Source of the DNA: Azolla caroliniana
Taxonomy: Eukaryota > Plantae > Polypodiophyta
Assembly: GCA_043228905.1 (NCBI GenBank)
Contig: JBHGNT010000011.1
Span: 20,832,001-20,896,000 of the forward strand
DNA: 64,000 bases
Direction: 5' to 3'
Shown: piece after piece, positions 51,216-64,000 of the stretch
Layout: each line of letters starts with the position of its first letter
How positions within the stretch are numbered: the stretch's first letter is position 1
Notes under the pieces: generated by a model
What the model was told of the DNA's origin: nothing
The model's database searches: none
The model's input: only the letters and a program-made list of their open reading frames with translations
Position numbers and translations under genes: made by a program

Positions 51216-53648
51216 AATCTCTACTGTAATGTGTTGTTTTCTCCTTGAAAGAGATTAACACCAACATCTTTATGAGAACGATGAATGTTAGTACTACGTT
51301 TATTTCTGTCTAATGGACAATGCGGCAGATATACACACATGGATTTTGACTGAATGAAATTGTACCATTTGTTGGATCTGTATGTAAGCAATACCATGCT
51401 GTTTACAGAGGTATATCTGATCATGTAGCTGAGTAGGAAATTTCTGATTCGTTTTTACTACCTGAGTTTGCTTTGTAACAATGGATATGTGGAAAGATGT
51501 CCTATTAACTATTTCGTGCTTCTTTTGGCTCCAGAGCAAAACCTATTACTAACCCATCCTTCTAACATTTTGACCCAGTAATGTAAGTGAACAATATGTG
51601 CAAGATGTTTGAACATTTGTTGAGTATGGATAACTGCATTTCTGTATTGAAACTCTGGCAATCTGCCAAGTGCTAACTTGTGGCCATAAAAGGTTATCAC
51701 ATTATATTATTGCAGACGTTTCTTTCCTCTTCATATTAGTTTTATGTGAAAGATGTTTGAAAATTCGTTGTGTATTCATAGCTGTGGTAATCTGCCAAAT
51801 GCTAACTTCTGACCATGAAACGTGGGCTCTGGTTTTTTGTGATTATGGTTTTCAGTGCTACTTGCATTTTATTTACCAAACCATTCTGCCTGAGTCACTA
51901 TTAGCTAGATAACTACACAAGAAATGCATATGTATGTGAAGTCTGGTGTGCTTAAGGCAGTGGGCTGATTTCACATTAAAGAGTAAAGAGAACTGAATGA
52001 TATAATTCGCAAGTCCCATGTGAAGTTTTGGCTATGTGATTGAGTTGTGTGGAGTTAATCATACAAACAAAAATAGAATTAAGGTGGGAGGCACAGGAGT
52101 CAAGAGGAAGGTTACAAATAATATTTATGATAAGAACAGCATAGAATGAATGAAGGAAAAAACTAATGAATACAGAGACTTAAATAGTTATGTACATGTC
52201 TTGCTCTTAGTACTCACCCAATATCATTAATTTAATTCAGTTATAACTGTTGGAAAAGGAATCTAATTTTGACTCTAGATTTTTTTATTGTCAATATAGT
52301 CTCAATGCACATGCTTATTCCATTGTATTGACATTATGCACCCTATTACATAGAAGGTTTATGATGGTTGATAGATTATGTACAAATACATGTTTCACAA
52401 GCATAAAATATATGCTCAATTTTAAGTTCATGCAAAAGGAAATCTCTTATTGGTGTAAATACTGTACTTGTGGATAGGGAATATCTGAGACTTGACAAAT
52501 ATTCCCTGACCATTGTTTTGATAATCCAAATTGGCCTACCCCTGACCACATGGCTATTCCATAATGTGGAACAAATATCTTGCATGAGCCATAAAAACCT
52601 CACTTCATATAAATTAAACCATCATCTAAGTCAAAAAGTATTACATGAACAATATCATTGCAGCGATTTATTTGTTCACAATTTGAGTATATTTACGTAC
52701 AATGGAGGTAAACGTGTTGGTAATGGAACCTTTTCGAATAAATCTATGATGTAATGTAAATAAAATGAGAATGATGAGCGAAGCATACAAGGATCAGAAA
52801 CTTTGCAGATTGTTAAACATGTGAACGAGAACTTGAAGTAAACAGACTACCAATATGTTTTGGAGAAAATATATTATTGGTATACATGTAGTAATATGTT
52901 TGATGGCGCATGAAGAGGAAACACTAGTAAGAAACTTAAATCTAGTTTGACTCTTGAGCAACGAGATAGAGCTAGGCAAGATGGCCTATGGTTTGATTGG
53001 TTGGGTCAACACCAATCTAAGGGTCATTCCAAGTGGTAGAGAGATCTTGGGTAATGCTACAATTGCTTCCAAAGGGGATTGATGAGAAAGCTAGGAGTCT
53101 CCCACTAATTGCTTTTCCTTTGGTGGATAAATGTTCCACACAGGTTTTAACACTAGTACTTCTCGGTGGTAAGAACAAAGGAGGTTTGAGATGAGCTATC
53201 TATGTAAGATTTGGAGCTCAAGGTCAAACCATCAATGTGGGCAACTAGCTGATGTTGTGTTTACACTAGGCTGGATGGACGGACAGACAACATCCGTACA
53301 AAGAGGTTATTATGTCCACAATAGAAACACACGTGAAAAATAACAATAACGATGCATATTTTTTGTGCTTGACTGTCATAATTGAGAGACTTAGAAGCCT
53401 AATTTGTTCATCTTACGTAAAATTAAATGCTTAATCTAAACTTACTTATCATTAGAACCACACTATAGATCATTCTAAAAATAAGCAAACATGGTTATGA
53501 ATTTTATATAGATTTAAGTATTATATTTTGGAAAATTTTCCCAAATAAAATAAAATAAAAACACACCAACACCGAAAAGTTTTACCATCTGTCTCTCTCA
53601 AATTCATGTATATATACATACAAGAGTGCATTAAGGTAAAATGACTTT

Positions 53649-56600
53649 TTATCCATCTACTGCATTACTTGCTTGTAATACTCCATCTCTAACTTGGGCT
53701 GCAATATCATTAACATGACCAGGTCCGTGAGGTAAGAAAAGTGTTGTATTCTTTGAAGAGTTCCCGATATCTTTCATGGTATCAAAGTATTGTGTGAGCA
53801 TCACCATATCCATCACATCCTTCGGAGTTGCACCCTTGATACCATTCGAGAAAGCGAGAACACTCTCTCTAAGCCCATCAGTGATGGCTTGCCTTTGTCG
53901 GGCGACTCCAACCCCAGCCAAATATTTTGATTCAGCATCGGCTTCTGCCCTCTTCACTTGAAGTATCTTTTCCGATTCTCCTTTGAATTCAGATGCCATC
54001 CTCAACCTTTGAGCTAACAAATACAAGCATTCCATTGGTTGGGGAATAGTAATACAGATATGCATATGAACATTAGAAAGGAAATAAAATATCGGGAAAA
54101 ACTCCTATACACCATTGAGTCCTAGGCAACCTGTTATAATAAGCAATCATATGTGCTATTTCAACAACTATATATATCAATTACTTCCATTTTCTCAAAT
54201 ATATGTGCTACTTCGCAATTAATTGGCCATTTCATCACTTTTCCTCTCATTTGAGGGTTGACTGATGGCATTTGGAGAAATAATGGAAAAGTTGTGCCAT
54301 TTGGGGGAAATAAAGGAAAACCCAGGGGTATTTATTAAGGTTTTCTCTAATAAAATAAGATGACGATAAATACCTGCATTGATCTCGTTCATAGCTTTTC
54401 TAACAGCTGTATCAGGTATGATATCGATTATCAAAGTTTGCTCGATGCTATAGCCATAAGCACTCATTACCTGCATTGTTCCATAACAAGGTTAAAACTA
54501 AAAAAATAGTACACAATTACCAATTGCGAAACAAATAATCGGTAGCGGTACCTTCTCTAGCTCTTCCGAAACAGCTTTTGCAACTTCACCTTTCTGCTCA
54601 AATAGTGCATCCAGGTTGAGTTTTGGCACATATGCTCTGACAACTGCATATAAACAAACATCACTTTAGGACTTCAGTTGGTACAAGATTTCTGATTTTC
54701 GAGATTTAAACTCGAACAAAGGATCTCTAAACTGTTTACTGTTGTCACGGGAAGGACAACATATTCATTGCTCACCATCAAAGATATATGCCTGAATTTG
54801 TTCTACTGGATTAATTAGCTCATAAAATGCATCATCTGCACTTTGACGCAATACACGATACTGTATGGAGCAAATCAATTGGACAAAAACATTGTCCTGG
54901 GAAAAAAAGCAATTAATAGAATTTAGAAAATTGATGAAAGTAAAGTTGCCAAAACAAGAAACTGAGGCCCACTATGTATGGTTGTACAAGAAGCTATTAT
55001 TTTCAAACCTGACATACCAAACCCCAAGAAATTACGAATGTTGATATACAATGGATTTGAATGATGTAAACATCCGCAGCATGATTTTTACTGTAGATTT
55101 TCGTTTCATTTTAGTTAAAGGATAACAAACTGATACTATTTGTGAATCAACTTTTGTCATATGATAACTTCAATAAAGAAAGACAGAAAAAACTAGTATA
55201 GGGACAGACATCTAGACCAAACGATAATAAAATGTTATTAAAGCAGTGTTGCATTATATTTGACTAAAGAGGACATACAACGCATTGGTTCATGTAGCAT
55301 TGAGATGCAAAACTCAGCATGGCCATTTTATCAAAATTATGACTTTGTTCTAACTCTGGATTCATATATTGCTCTTTGCTTAATTTGGAAAAAAAGAAAG
55401 AGAGATCTGTTACCGCGGTGAAGAAAACAAATATGACCAATGTGTGAAGTTAAAAAATACAGGTTTCCATGAGGTCGTGAGAATCTCCAATACTTAATGC
55501 TGAGCTTGGGCTTTTGTTAGAATCTGAGGTAAAACGGATACATTAGTTTTGGGGAGGATTGAACTTCAGTTCACTAAATTCTATGAGATTTGATGCGACA
55601 GGGTCAAACACTAAGTTAACAGGCAGAGAGAGCAAGTCATATAAAAAAATAAAGAAACAGTGTCCCATTATTGCGCATGTTTTTCCCCGCCAAAGAAATG
55701 AGATGTCCTTTCATCCTTTCTTTGACAAAAGATGCTTACTGAAGGAAAAGGATGAAACGCTAATCCATACATGGAATGGAGAAGGTTCACAAGAAAAGAA
55801 ATAAGGGAATAATCTCCTAATCCAATGCCAAGGAAACAGTTAGTTATCTGCAAAGATATACTTCTACATATTTCCTTATGCAGATAAGAAATTCAATTTG
55901 AAATAGAAAATAGGTTCAAGCACTAAATTCTATAGTTAGGATCCACGAGCAACGAAAATTCTTCTTCAAAATTTCTTAAAGAAATGCTTCTTCAATCCTC
56001 CTTCCACAGATAACGATTTCCATTTTGAAAGAATAAACAGGTTGAAACAGCAAATGCTATGGAGAACAAGAAAAAACTACTTTTCCAACTGAAAGAGGAA
56101 ACTTAGGAAGCTTCGTTTTGGATGAGAACTTGCATCTGGAAGAAGAGACGGGTTCAAACACCAAATTCTATGGGAAAGATCCACAGGCAAAGGAAAACGT
56201 CCCTCAACGTTTCTTTGGAGATAACAATTCCTTATGGAAGGAAATAGTTTTCTAATTCTATGCCAAGGGAACAGTTAGTTATCTGCAAAGAAATGCTTCT
56301 TCAGGATTCCTTTTGCAGATAGATACTTTCGCTTAGATGAGTAAACAGGCTCAGACATCAGATTCTATGGGAAAGATCCACAGCATAGAAATTCTTAAAA
56401 GCTTTCACATTCAAGGAAGCATATTTTAAAACTAATGCCATGCAGAAAATCTATGAGAAAGAAATGACCCGCCTTTGCAGGTAACAGTTTCCACATGCAA
56501 AAAAACGAAGAAGAAGAAGCAGGAGTGGTATCAATGGGACATTTCTTTTATTTCCATTTCAGCAAACCTTTCTTTGCAGATAACGAAATTCCATCAATCA

Positions 56601-57176
56601 TTTTCACTGTCTTTGCTCACAATTCGGTAAATTTTACTTTGTTGGTAAAAACTCCACATCAAAGGGATCCCATAAGAAGAAGATGAAGAAGAAGAAAGAA
56701 GAGAAAGGAATAGAATATCAATCTGTTTTCATTTCAGCAAGCTTTCCTTTGGACTTAATAACTTCCACAAGAAAGGGATCAAACGAAAGGACATACATAA
56801 TATTGAGAGGAATCAAGAAGTGGAAGAAAGAAAGAACGAAACGATAAGAACTATTGCATGAAAGACGGAATGAATGGATGGACGAATCATTACAACATGC
56901 ATGTATGCATGAATGAATGAATGAGACAGAGATCGAAAAAAGAAACTAAAGGAGCGCAAGGAAGGAAGAATGGCGGGGTTGGAGTACCTTCGTCTTCGTT
57001 TCTGCACGAACGTCGACGAATTGGACGCGGGTGGAAAGAGAGCCAGCGAGGGATTGACCGATGAAAGGGTTGAGGAAATGGAGGCCAGGCTGAGCTGTGT
57101 ACAGGTATCTCCCCCACTGCTCAACGATCCCCACGCTCGCTTGATCCACACAGAAGCAGAAGATCGCGTTGCCCAT
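53649..57176 (-). CDS. HIR: Hypersensitive-induced response protein (SPFH/band-7, HIR4-like), 287 aa
   Basis: Exons 57176-56988, 54896-54776, 54643-54552, 54470-54374, 54013-53649; GT-AG, 864 nt. [16 protein letters not shown] (myristoyl/palmitoyl-type N-terminus), [47 protein letters not shown]. Confidence 0.95.
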
Positions 57177-57286
57177 AGCCAGCCACGTTACGAAGAACAA
57201 GAAGAAGAAGACGAAGACGAAGATGAAGAAGAAGAAAAGGAAACGAGGAAACGGTAGAGAAACGGCGAAGGCAAAGGATTTAAGGA

Positions 57287-57379
57287 GGCTCAAGCCTGAA
57301 CCGAGCCGAACCAAACCCGATTTTGAAAACAGGTTTAATGGCTCGGTTCAGGCTTGAGCCGAGCCATTGCAGACTCCTA
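57287..57379 (-). mobile_element. Truncated hAT-MITE terminus containing a perfect 21-bp inverted repeat, immediately upstream of HIR
   Basis: GGCTCAAGCCTGAACCGAGCC (57287-57307) pairs with GGCTCGGTTCAGGCTTGAGCC (57340-57360). The minus-strand end TAGGAGTCTGCAATGGCTCGGCTCAAGCC resembles the TIR at 40009. Confidence 0.7.
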
Positions 57380-59961
57380 CAATGTTCTAAGTATATAATT
57401 TCTTCTTCTTTCCTTTGGGGAGAACAATTCTACATTCTTTCTTATCACTTGATCAATTCTATAGGCTCCGACAATCTCTTCTTCTCCTTTTTGTGTACAA
57501 CAATTCTCCGTCGAGAGATTTGACGTAGTCCATCTATTGGAGTGTAAGTTTTACGTTTATGATGTCCGGGGCACTCTCGTTCCTGAGAGGGGTTGTCTGC
57601 ACTCTTGCATTCATGGTCATGTTATTTGACAAACGCTATATCTCGCGGAACCTCTAGAGGTACTTCTTTGTCCGTATTAAGAGATAGAGCTCTTCCACAC
57701 CCATCGGAGGAACACTCGATCAACCCTACATGCCTCACAACTCACTTGATCCCAATAACAATCTGTGAATAGAAGAGGCAAATGGGCGTACACTAAAGGG
57801 GTTACACTAGAGAATGCTATAGAAATTTGGACTAGGAGATGCCCAAATGCTATAGAATGAGACACCTTGTCCGCAAAGAAATAAGAGTGATCATCAGAAA
57901 GCATTGCGTGAAGCCGCCTCAAGTCAGACATCTCTTTGGACTTTTAAATGACCGACAATTCTACCTTTTTCATCTTTATTTAGGATTTGGCCATTCTTAT
58001 TTCTTGAAACAAGCTATATGCTAAACATGGTTTCAAATCTCTTAGGCCATGGTTGCCTCTTTAGATAAGTCATTTCATTTTCTTCTCCTTTGTTTTCTAT
58101 TTTTTGGCTTACAATGTAGCATCAAAATCATAAAATTGAGGGAACCCAAGCTTGATCCTCACTATGGGTTGTGTACCTTTCCCATATGTTGCATGGTTAA
58201 TAACATATTTCTCTTTCAATGAGATTTTTCACAACGCAAATGTATCACAACTTGCAATAAATTCGGAGACCCTCATGGTTCACACATTATGATACACATG
58301 TTGTATGAAAGCACAAACCCATGCTCTTCTCCGAATGGATAATTGCACTCGTTCATTCCATAGTGAACCATCGCTCCATTACTTCCATTGAGTTGAGCTC
58401 ATATTCTCTTCAATGTGAAATGTTGTTATTGTTGCACCAAGTTGGAAAATTAATCAGTTATGAATGTTATGCCCCAAACAAGTTTGTGAGTTTGGGTATC
58501 AAACTCTACTACAATGATCCACCTTCAATAGCAATTCAAACGTTGACCAATATCTAGACACATTTCTATCTTTGTTGAATCTTGAACTCTAACTTGAGCA
58601 TCATTGCTAAACCCTTGAATGTCTATCCAGAATCACACACACCATACACAATGTGGGAAAGTGTTTCGCTTTGGTCTCATAGCTTTGTGAGAATGGTGGT
58701 AAAAATATGTCTCACCCCATCTCCCTCTTTCTATAGATAATAATGTATTTAATTACTAAAGTCAAATTACAATAGGTGGATATATGTTATCCTGTTGATT
58801 CACCACAAAATTAATCAGGCTCCCATGACATCTTGCATCTCTATATAGTTCGATCTTTATGGACATATGTAGTCCCATGTATTAAAAACCAATTCATATG
58901 AAAAACGCGATGTCGTGCTAGCCTATGTGGTAAGTAATACTTTTTATAAACCAATGCACAATAGGCCTCTCTCTTGTGATTGGCTTATTAAATGGAAACC
59001 AATCATCAAATACAAGCCATTACGTGCATAATGCATTACCTCAACTTTTGTATGGCAAATCACAATAACTAGGTTAAAGGTAGTCCAAACTAGATTGGGC
59101 CCAACAAGTGTGCATTCATACTCTTAAGATGGGTTCACATGTATTGTAAAGTAGTTGTGTTTTATGATGTTTTTGTGTCTCATTACTTCCGCAACATTGA
59201 AGCCAATAATGTCAATGCCATATTTTCAAAAGGTTGTTCAAAGTTTCGAATTTGTGATCTTAGAAATAAAATATCACAATTACCACAAATGTCATAATCA
59301 AATGGCATGATTATGCTAATGGTTATCTCTATCAATGTTATAAAAAATATAATCTTCTTAATCTGACAATTAGGGGAAAGATATTGGTGACAACTAGACA
59401 AAGATATGTGAGTGTATTGTCTTTTTTTGCATGTTGGCACCAAAACTTGTACGCCCTTTTTAAGCGATAGGTCGAGGCTATCAATAACTACATGGGTCCC
59501 CTAAATGTACAAATCTTTGTGTGTATTTGCACAAGGTCTTTCTAATGAAAATTTCTTAAGTTTTTCTTTTTTTATCACTCACTCTTCTGATCTTCTTTCA
59601 TCTCATTCTCTCATTCTCCTTTACTCTTGTTCACCTCTAATCCTACTCACCTTAGTTTCACTTGCATCATTGCTTTATTTCTTTTCTTACTCTTCCCATA
59701 TCATCTCAATAGTTGTGCTAGTTCGCTTGCAGTCCTTGTCACGACGCTACGGTCACAACAACAAAAGTAATGAGTTGGTATAGAGGCTAAACATAAATGA
59801 TCGTGAGGATTAGGTGCTCACAAGTTTATAACTACAACCTTTTTGTACAACAATGATGTTCCCAAAAACAATATTTGAACAAAAATGTAGTTCTCTCCCT
59901 CTATAGCATAATCCAACATGGGATTGAGATACGACTCCATGAAATTAACACGATTCACAAC

Positions 59962-60472
59962 CATAGATTGACATATTCGCATTCGTGGGGTTTCCCATTC
60001 GAATGCAAACGAATACGAATACGAATGGGTAGTCAAGTATTCGTTAACCCCCCCCCCCCCCCCCCAAACTTTAAAAAAAAAAAATCCTAAGATGAAAAAA
60101 AAGGAACTTAACAATAAATAGGGATAATAAAAGAGGAACTTTGGGGACTAGACACTACTAAAATTTTATAATAAATGTATAGTCGTTTTATTTTTAATAA
60201 ATAAAATAAATAAAATAAAATAAAGGCTCATTAATTTCTCATTTTTTATTTCCTCAAAATTTATAGATATTTTTATCTTGACACTATAATCTATTAATGA
60301 ATAATTGTTTTTTTTTTGTGAAATATATTTATTTAAATAAATAAATAATTTTTTATATTTATTTTACAAAACGAATGGTTTTTTAATATTCTTGGGGCCA
60401 TTTTGTATTCTCGAATATTGAGAATATTGCGCGTGGAGAATATCACGAATATCACGCATGTGTCAATCTATG
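59962..60472. mobile_element. Non-autonomous hAT-type MITE, 511 bp
   Basis: TIR CATAGATTGACA / TGTCAATCTATG. Perfect 8-bp TSD TTCACAAC (59954-59961, 60473-60480). Subterminal CGAATA repeats and an AT-rich core. Confidence 0.92.
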
Positions 60473-62604
60473 TTCACAACTTTTAGTAGTATATTTGTAG
60501 TAGCACTTTTAAAGTATGCAAAATATCTATTATTTATGTCCAAACAACACATTAAATCATTGAGCTATTTTTAATACATTTGCGAAACATTACATGGTCA
60601 ATCGCAATGTGAAAGCATATTCATATATGATACTTTATGCATCTCAAGGTCATCACCAATATGATCTAACAAACTTTTGATTAAAGATTTGCGAGCTCAT
60701 TGATTAAAATTTTTAAATTTTACATATGTAAATGTGTCAATGTGGTGGTGAATTTTGTGGCGTCAAGCCTTCAATGTTAACATTTTGATGTTAGTCTCAT
60801 TCTTGTAGTTCGAGATAACCGATAGTATTCTTCCAAAATCCAATATCCCACACACAATCATCCAAACTTAATAGAGCAAATCAATTAGCAATCTCAAAAA
60901 AAGTAACCATCTCCTACCTATTTTCCTTCTTCTCTATTATTAACATTATTTTTCATGGTTGTTGATCAATTAGTCATGGTTGTTAACCTTGAAGACATAA
61001 TGATAAGTTCCCATTTCCCATAGACAAGTTAACAAAACCACAATGATTTCTTCTAGTTCATGGTTGAAATTGAAAAACAAAAGTTATGTTCTTGAATCTT
61101 AACAATACAATCACATCTCTCTATCGTCTATTACTCCTACAAAAGTCATTTTTTTGACAAAAAGGTCCTCTCTCCATTCATTTGTTCAATCCTCCCACTC
61201 ATGCCCAACTTACCTAAAGATTCCAATACCACCACATGGATTTCGCTTCTCCTTGGTAGGTAGTTTGGGCGGCGATTTGATGAAAACTCTATGACCATGG
61301 AGTTTGCCAAAACAATTGTATAAACTAATGCATTTCCATAAATTTCAATTGCTATAAAGTACTATGACCATGGAAAAACAGACATTTTCATGCTTACTTT
61401 GTGATAATGGATTCCAATATGTGGTGATGTCGAAAGGACAAATTTATTGCAAGATGGGGCAATAAAAAATATAACCTCAGAATAACCTAATTTGATAGAT
61501 TTATTGCAAGGGAAGAAGAAAGGATAATTGCACACCGAGTATCAATCATAAATATAACCTCACAATAACCTCTATGCCATCTAAGATCGATAAGACGACT
61601 AAGCAATGAATTGATAAAGGGAGTGGAGTGGTCATGACCTAAATGACAAACTCAAAATGTGGCTGGAAAAAGCCCCCAAAGTTTTTAGTAACCCAAACTT
61701 TTGAAGCATTTCACAAATAACAATTGCATTCTATGCTACACTATGTAGTTTGTGTATGCTTTATCGACTTTGTGTAATTATATGTAATTACATCAATGCT
61801 GACCACCAGAAACATAATATAAAACACATGCTAAAATGGCTGGCATACAAACAAGAAGTTTGGTAACATGTTGGCCTAGAATGTAAATCTTCATCAAATT
61901 TTGCAAAGAGAATATTGTATGCAAGAGTTATGATCTTCAAATGTGTACAGTTTCAAATTGTCCCATCCTCTCAATTGCAAAGTAGTTATTGCATCCCCAC
62001 TCCCATTATCAATTCTCTGCAGTTAGTAGTCAACCCATACGATTAGCCAACAGACAGTTGTGTCGTTAGTTACAAACAAAGGTTTATACCAAGCCCATGG
62101 ATTGAACAATACTTTATGTTGGAATTCTGCTAACAGCAATTATCTCACATTTCCTCATGCCTGGAAAACGCTACTTATATGTTGAAATTCTCATCTAACG
62201 CTGGTTCACAGTTTGATGCAGGCTTCAATAGGGAAATGGATATAAAACATATACATGATTTCCTGTTTTATAACATCGAAATGCTGTTGTTCAATGGGAT
62301 TAACATATAATAGGTAACATGTACTTTTCAACAATATAAATGCTCCAATTGGCATTTCAAAGAGTTTACCCTTTATTTAATCAATAGAATTGAAAAAATC
62401 TAAAAAAATACAAGTAAAAACATTCACGTTTATTTAACCAATAAAATTGTTGTAAGAAATTTAGAAAATACAAGGACTATGGGTATTATTAGTGAAATGG
62501 TTGCAGCAGAACTGGACTAACTTTTTCCTTGCCCAACAACTAAGTTCCATTGATTCAGAATGGCCCTTTTGTAACAATATAGACTTCTATTAGAAGGGGA
62601 GTTA

Positions 62605-63666
62605 CTACTCTGATTTTGCAGAAATGGAAGATGCACTCATGCTCAGCTCCAAATTTCGATACACATATGAAGGTAGTGATAGGTGTTTATCATCACTCTC
62701 GAGGGGTGCATCCCGAGGTTTCATGTTGCGTTTCAGACGTGGGTTGAGGTTTACCCCTTCTTGGAAAGCACCGATTTTACGGAATTTTGCAGCACGATGT
62801 TCCAATAATGTATCCGGGTCCATCTTTAAAAGCTCCTACGCATTCATTTCATTCATACACTATATTAGACCCCTTTAAAAATAAAGGTATAGGAAAAACA
62901 CCCAAATGACCCCAACTGTAGGGTATGTAGCAGAATACCCCTACATTATTTGAAGATACCATAATATACTTATATGTGGTAAAAAAATCTGTAGCCCAAC
63001 CACGTTGGATATTTACAAGAATATCCCTAGTTACATGAATATACCTATGTTAGAGTAAATTTGATTTAACACAATACCACTGTTTTCAAGCCCTTGCTAG
63101 ACAGTCCTGGATAGTAGTAAATTTAATTGGGTATTTACAAAGAATAGCTATGTTTCAAATATTAGCTAACACATTGGGGTAATAGTAGAGTTTTTATTTG
63201 GTAAGTTTCAAAATCTTCTGGTAAAACAGCAAAAACCTTCTTTAACAAGTTTGGCTGTTTTGATGTAAACGTAACATTAATAAAGGGGACTTGTTGGCCT
63301 AGTAGTTTGAACCCTTTCACCATAATCTATATGTCAAGACCTTGCTTGACTCCATTTGTCAAATATGATTCCCCAATCAACGCCAAATTGAAACAGTGAT
63401 ATACTAAATGTACTTACTCTCATGTGACTCATTATAGCTTCCTTCATAGACTTCGATGTTGTGAAAGGATCGGTATGTGCACCACCAACTGGTTCCTAGA
63501 GCACCAGAAGGAAGGAAGGAAAACAAAGTCAAGACATTATTTATTACTGGTCTATGACCATCAACCAAAGCTTAAAAGATGTCAAACGGATCCTCACAGG
63601 AATAACTTCATCCACTACATTTAACTTCACGAGCTCATGAGCTGTTATTTTCAATGCCTCTGTTGC
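62605..63666 (-). CDS. CAC3: Plastid acetyl-CoA carboxylase carboxyltransferase alpha subunit (accA/CAC3), last three exons; gene begins beyond the right edge
   Basis: Exons 63666-63598 (ATEALKITAHELVKLNVVDEVIP), 63495-63418 (EPVGGAHTDPFTTSKSMKEAIMSHMR) and 62835-62605 (ELLKMDPDTLLEHRAAKFRKIGAFQEG...stop); GT-AG, phase 0. Confidence 0.92.
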
Positions 63667-64000
63667 CTGAAAACAAAACAAAACATGTGCACTTAGCAGA
63701 ATTATAACTAACTTAAAAACGTGTATAAGTTCAGAATATTACTTGTGGAGCACAAGCAGCATTTTTCCATAAAATAGCTGCACAAGCTTCAGGGCTGAAA
63801 AACATTCAACACGAAACTAACTGTGAGACATTAGTTCTTTCCTAAGCAGACAACATCTTATCAATCCTAAGCGAAAACAATTAGTTTAAAACCTAGCAAA
63901 ATAATACAATCTCTATCTAAGAAAAAGCATAGATAATTATAAAAGATTAATAATTGCGTCAATAACTAGCTACATAAAATGAGTTCACTATCCAAGCTAA

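Noticed and set aside
57420-59950. LINE-like remnant (GGACTACGT word shared with about 5710)
   Set aside because: The similarity is too short to support a call.
1-64000. Functional gene cluster (P4H, BGAL and TM9SF all act in the secretory/cell-wall pathway)
   Set aside because: These are common multigene families, and adjacency without synteny or co-expression data is not evidence of a cluster.

Overview
AT-rich land-plant nuclear DNA with spliced genes; a non-seed plant such as a fern is plausible from the short alpha-CT tail, but this is inference only. I reconstructed exon chains by hand for seven protein genes: 5' part of a CCR4 deadenylase (-), a prolyl 4-hydroxylase (+, 7 exons), a GH35 beta-galactosidase with C-terminal lectin domain (+, 18 exons), a TM9SF/TMN endomembrane protein (-, 7 exons), the DECD-box helicase UAP56 (+, 11 coding exons, two GC-AG introns), an SPFH/band-7 HIR protein (-, 5 exons) and the 3' end of plastid ACCase alpha-carboxyltransferase (-). 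Mobile DNA comprises a 4.3-kb decayed Ty1/copia element (both LTRs, PBS, 5-bp TSD), a related solo LTR in a BGAL intron, two hAT-type MITEs, a hAT end in the HIR promoter and a foldback MITE-like family in introns. I see no rRNA, tRNA, CRISPR or prokaryotic system, and no clearly novel protein. The best leads are regulatory: the unusual intron architecture of UAP56, a duplicated splice donor in BGAL, gene-specific degenerate repeat arrays in promoter-proximal introns of four genes, a DRE/ABRE-core tandem repeat upstream of UAP56, and an overlapping uORF in P4H.
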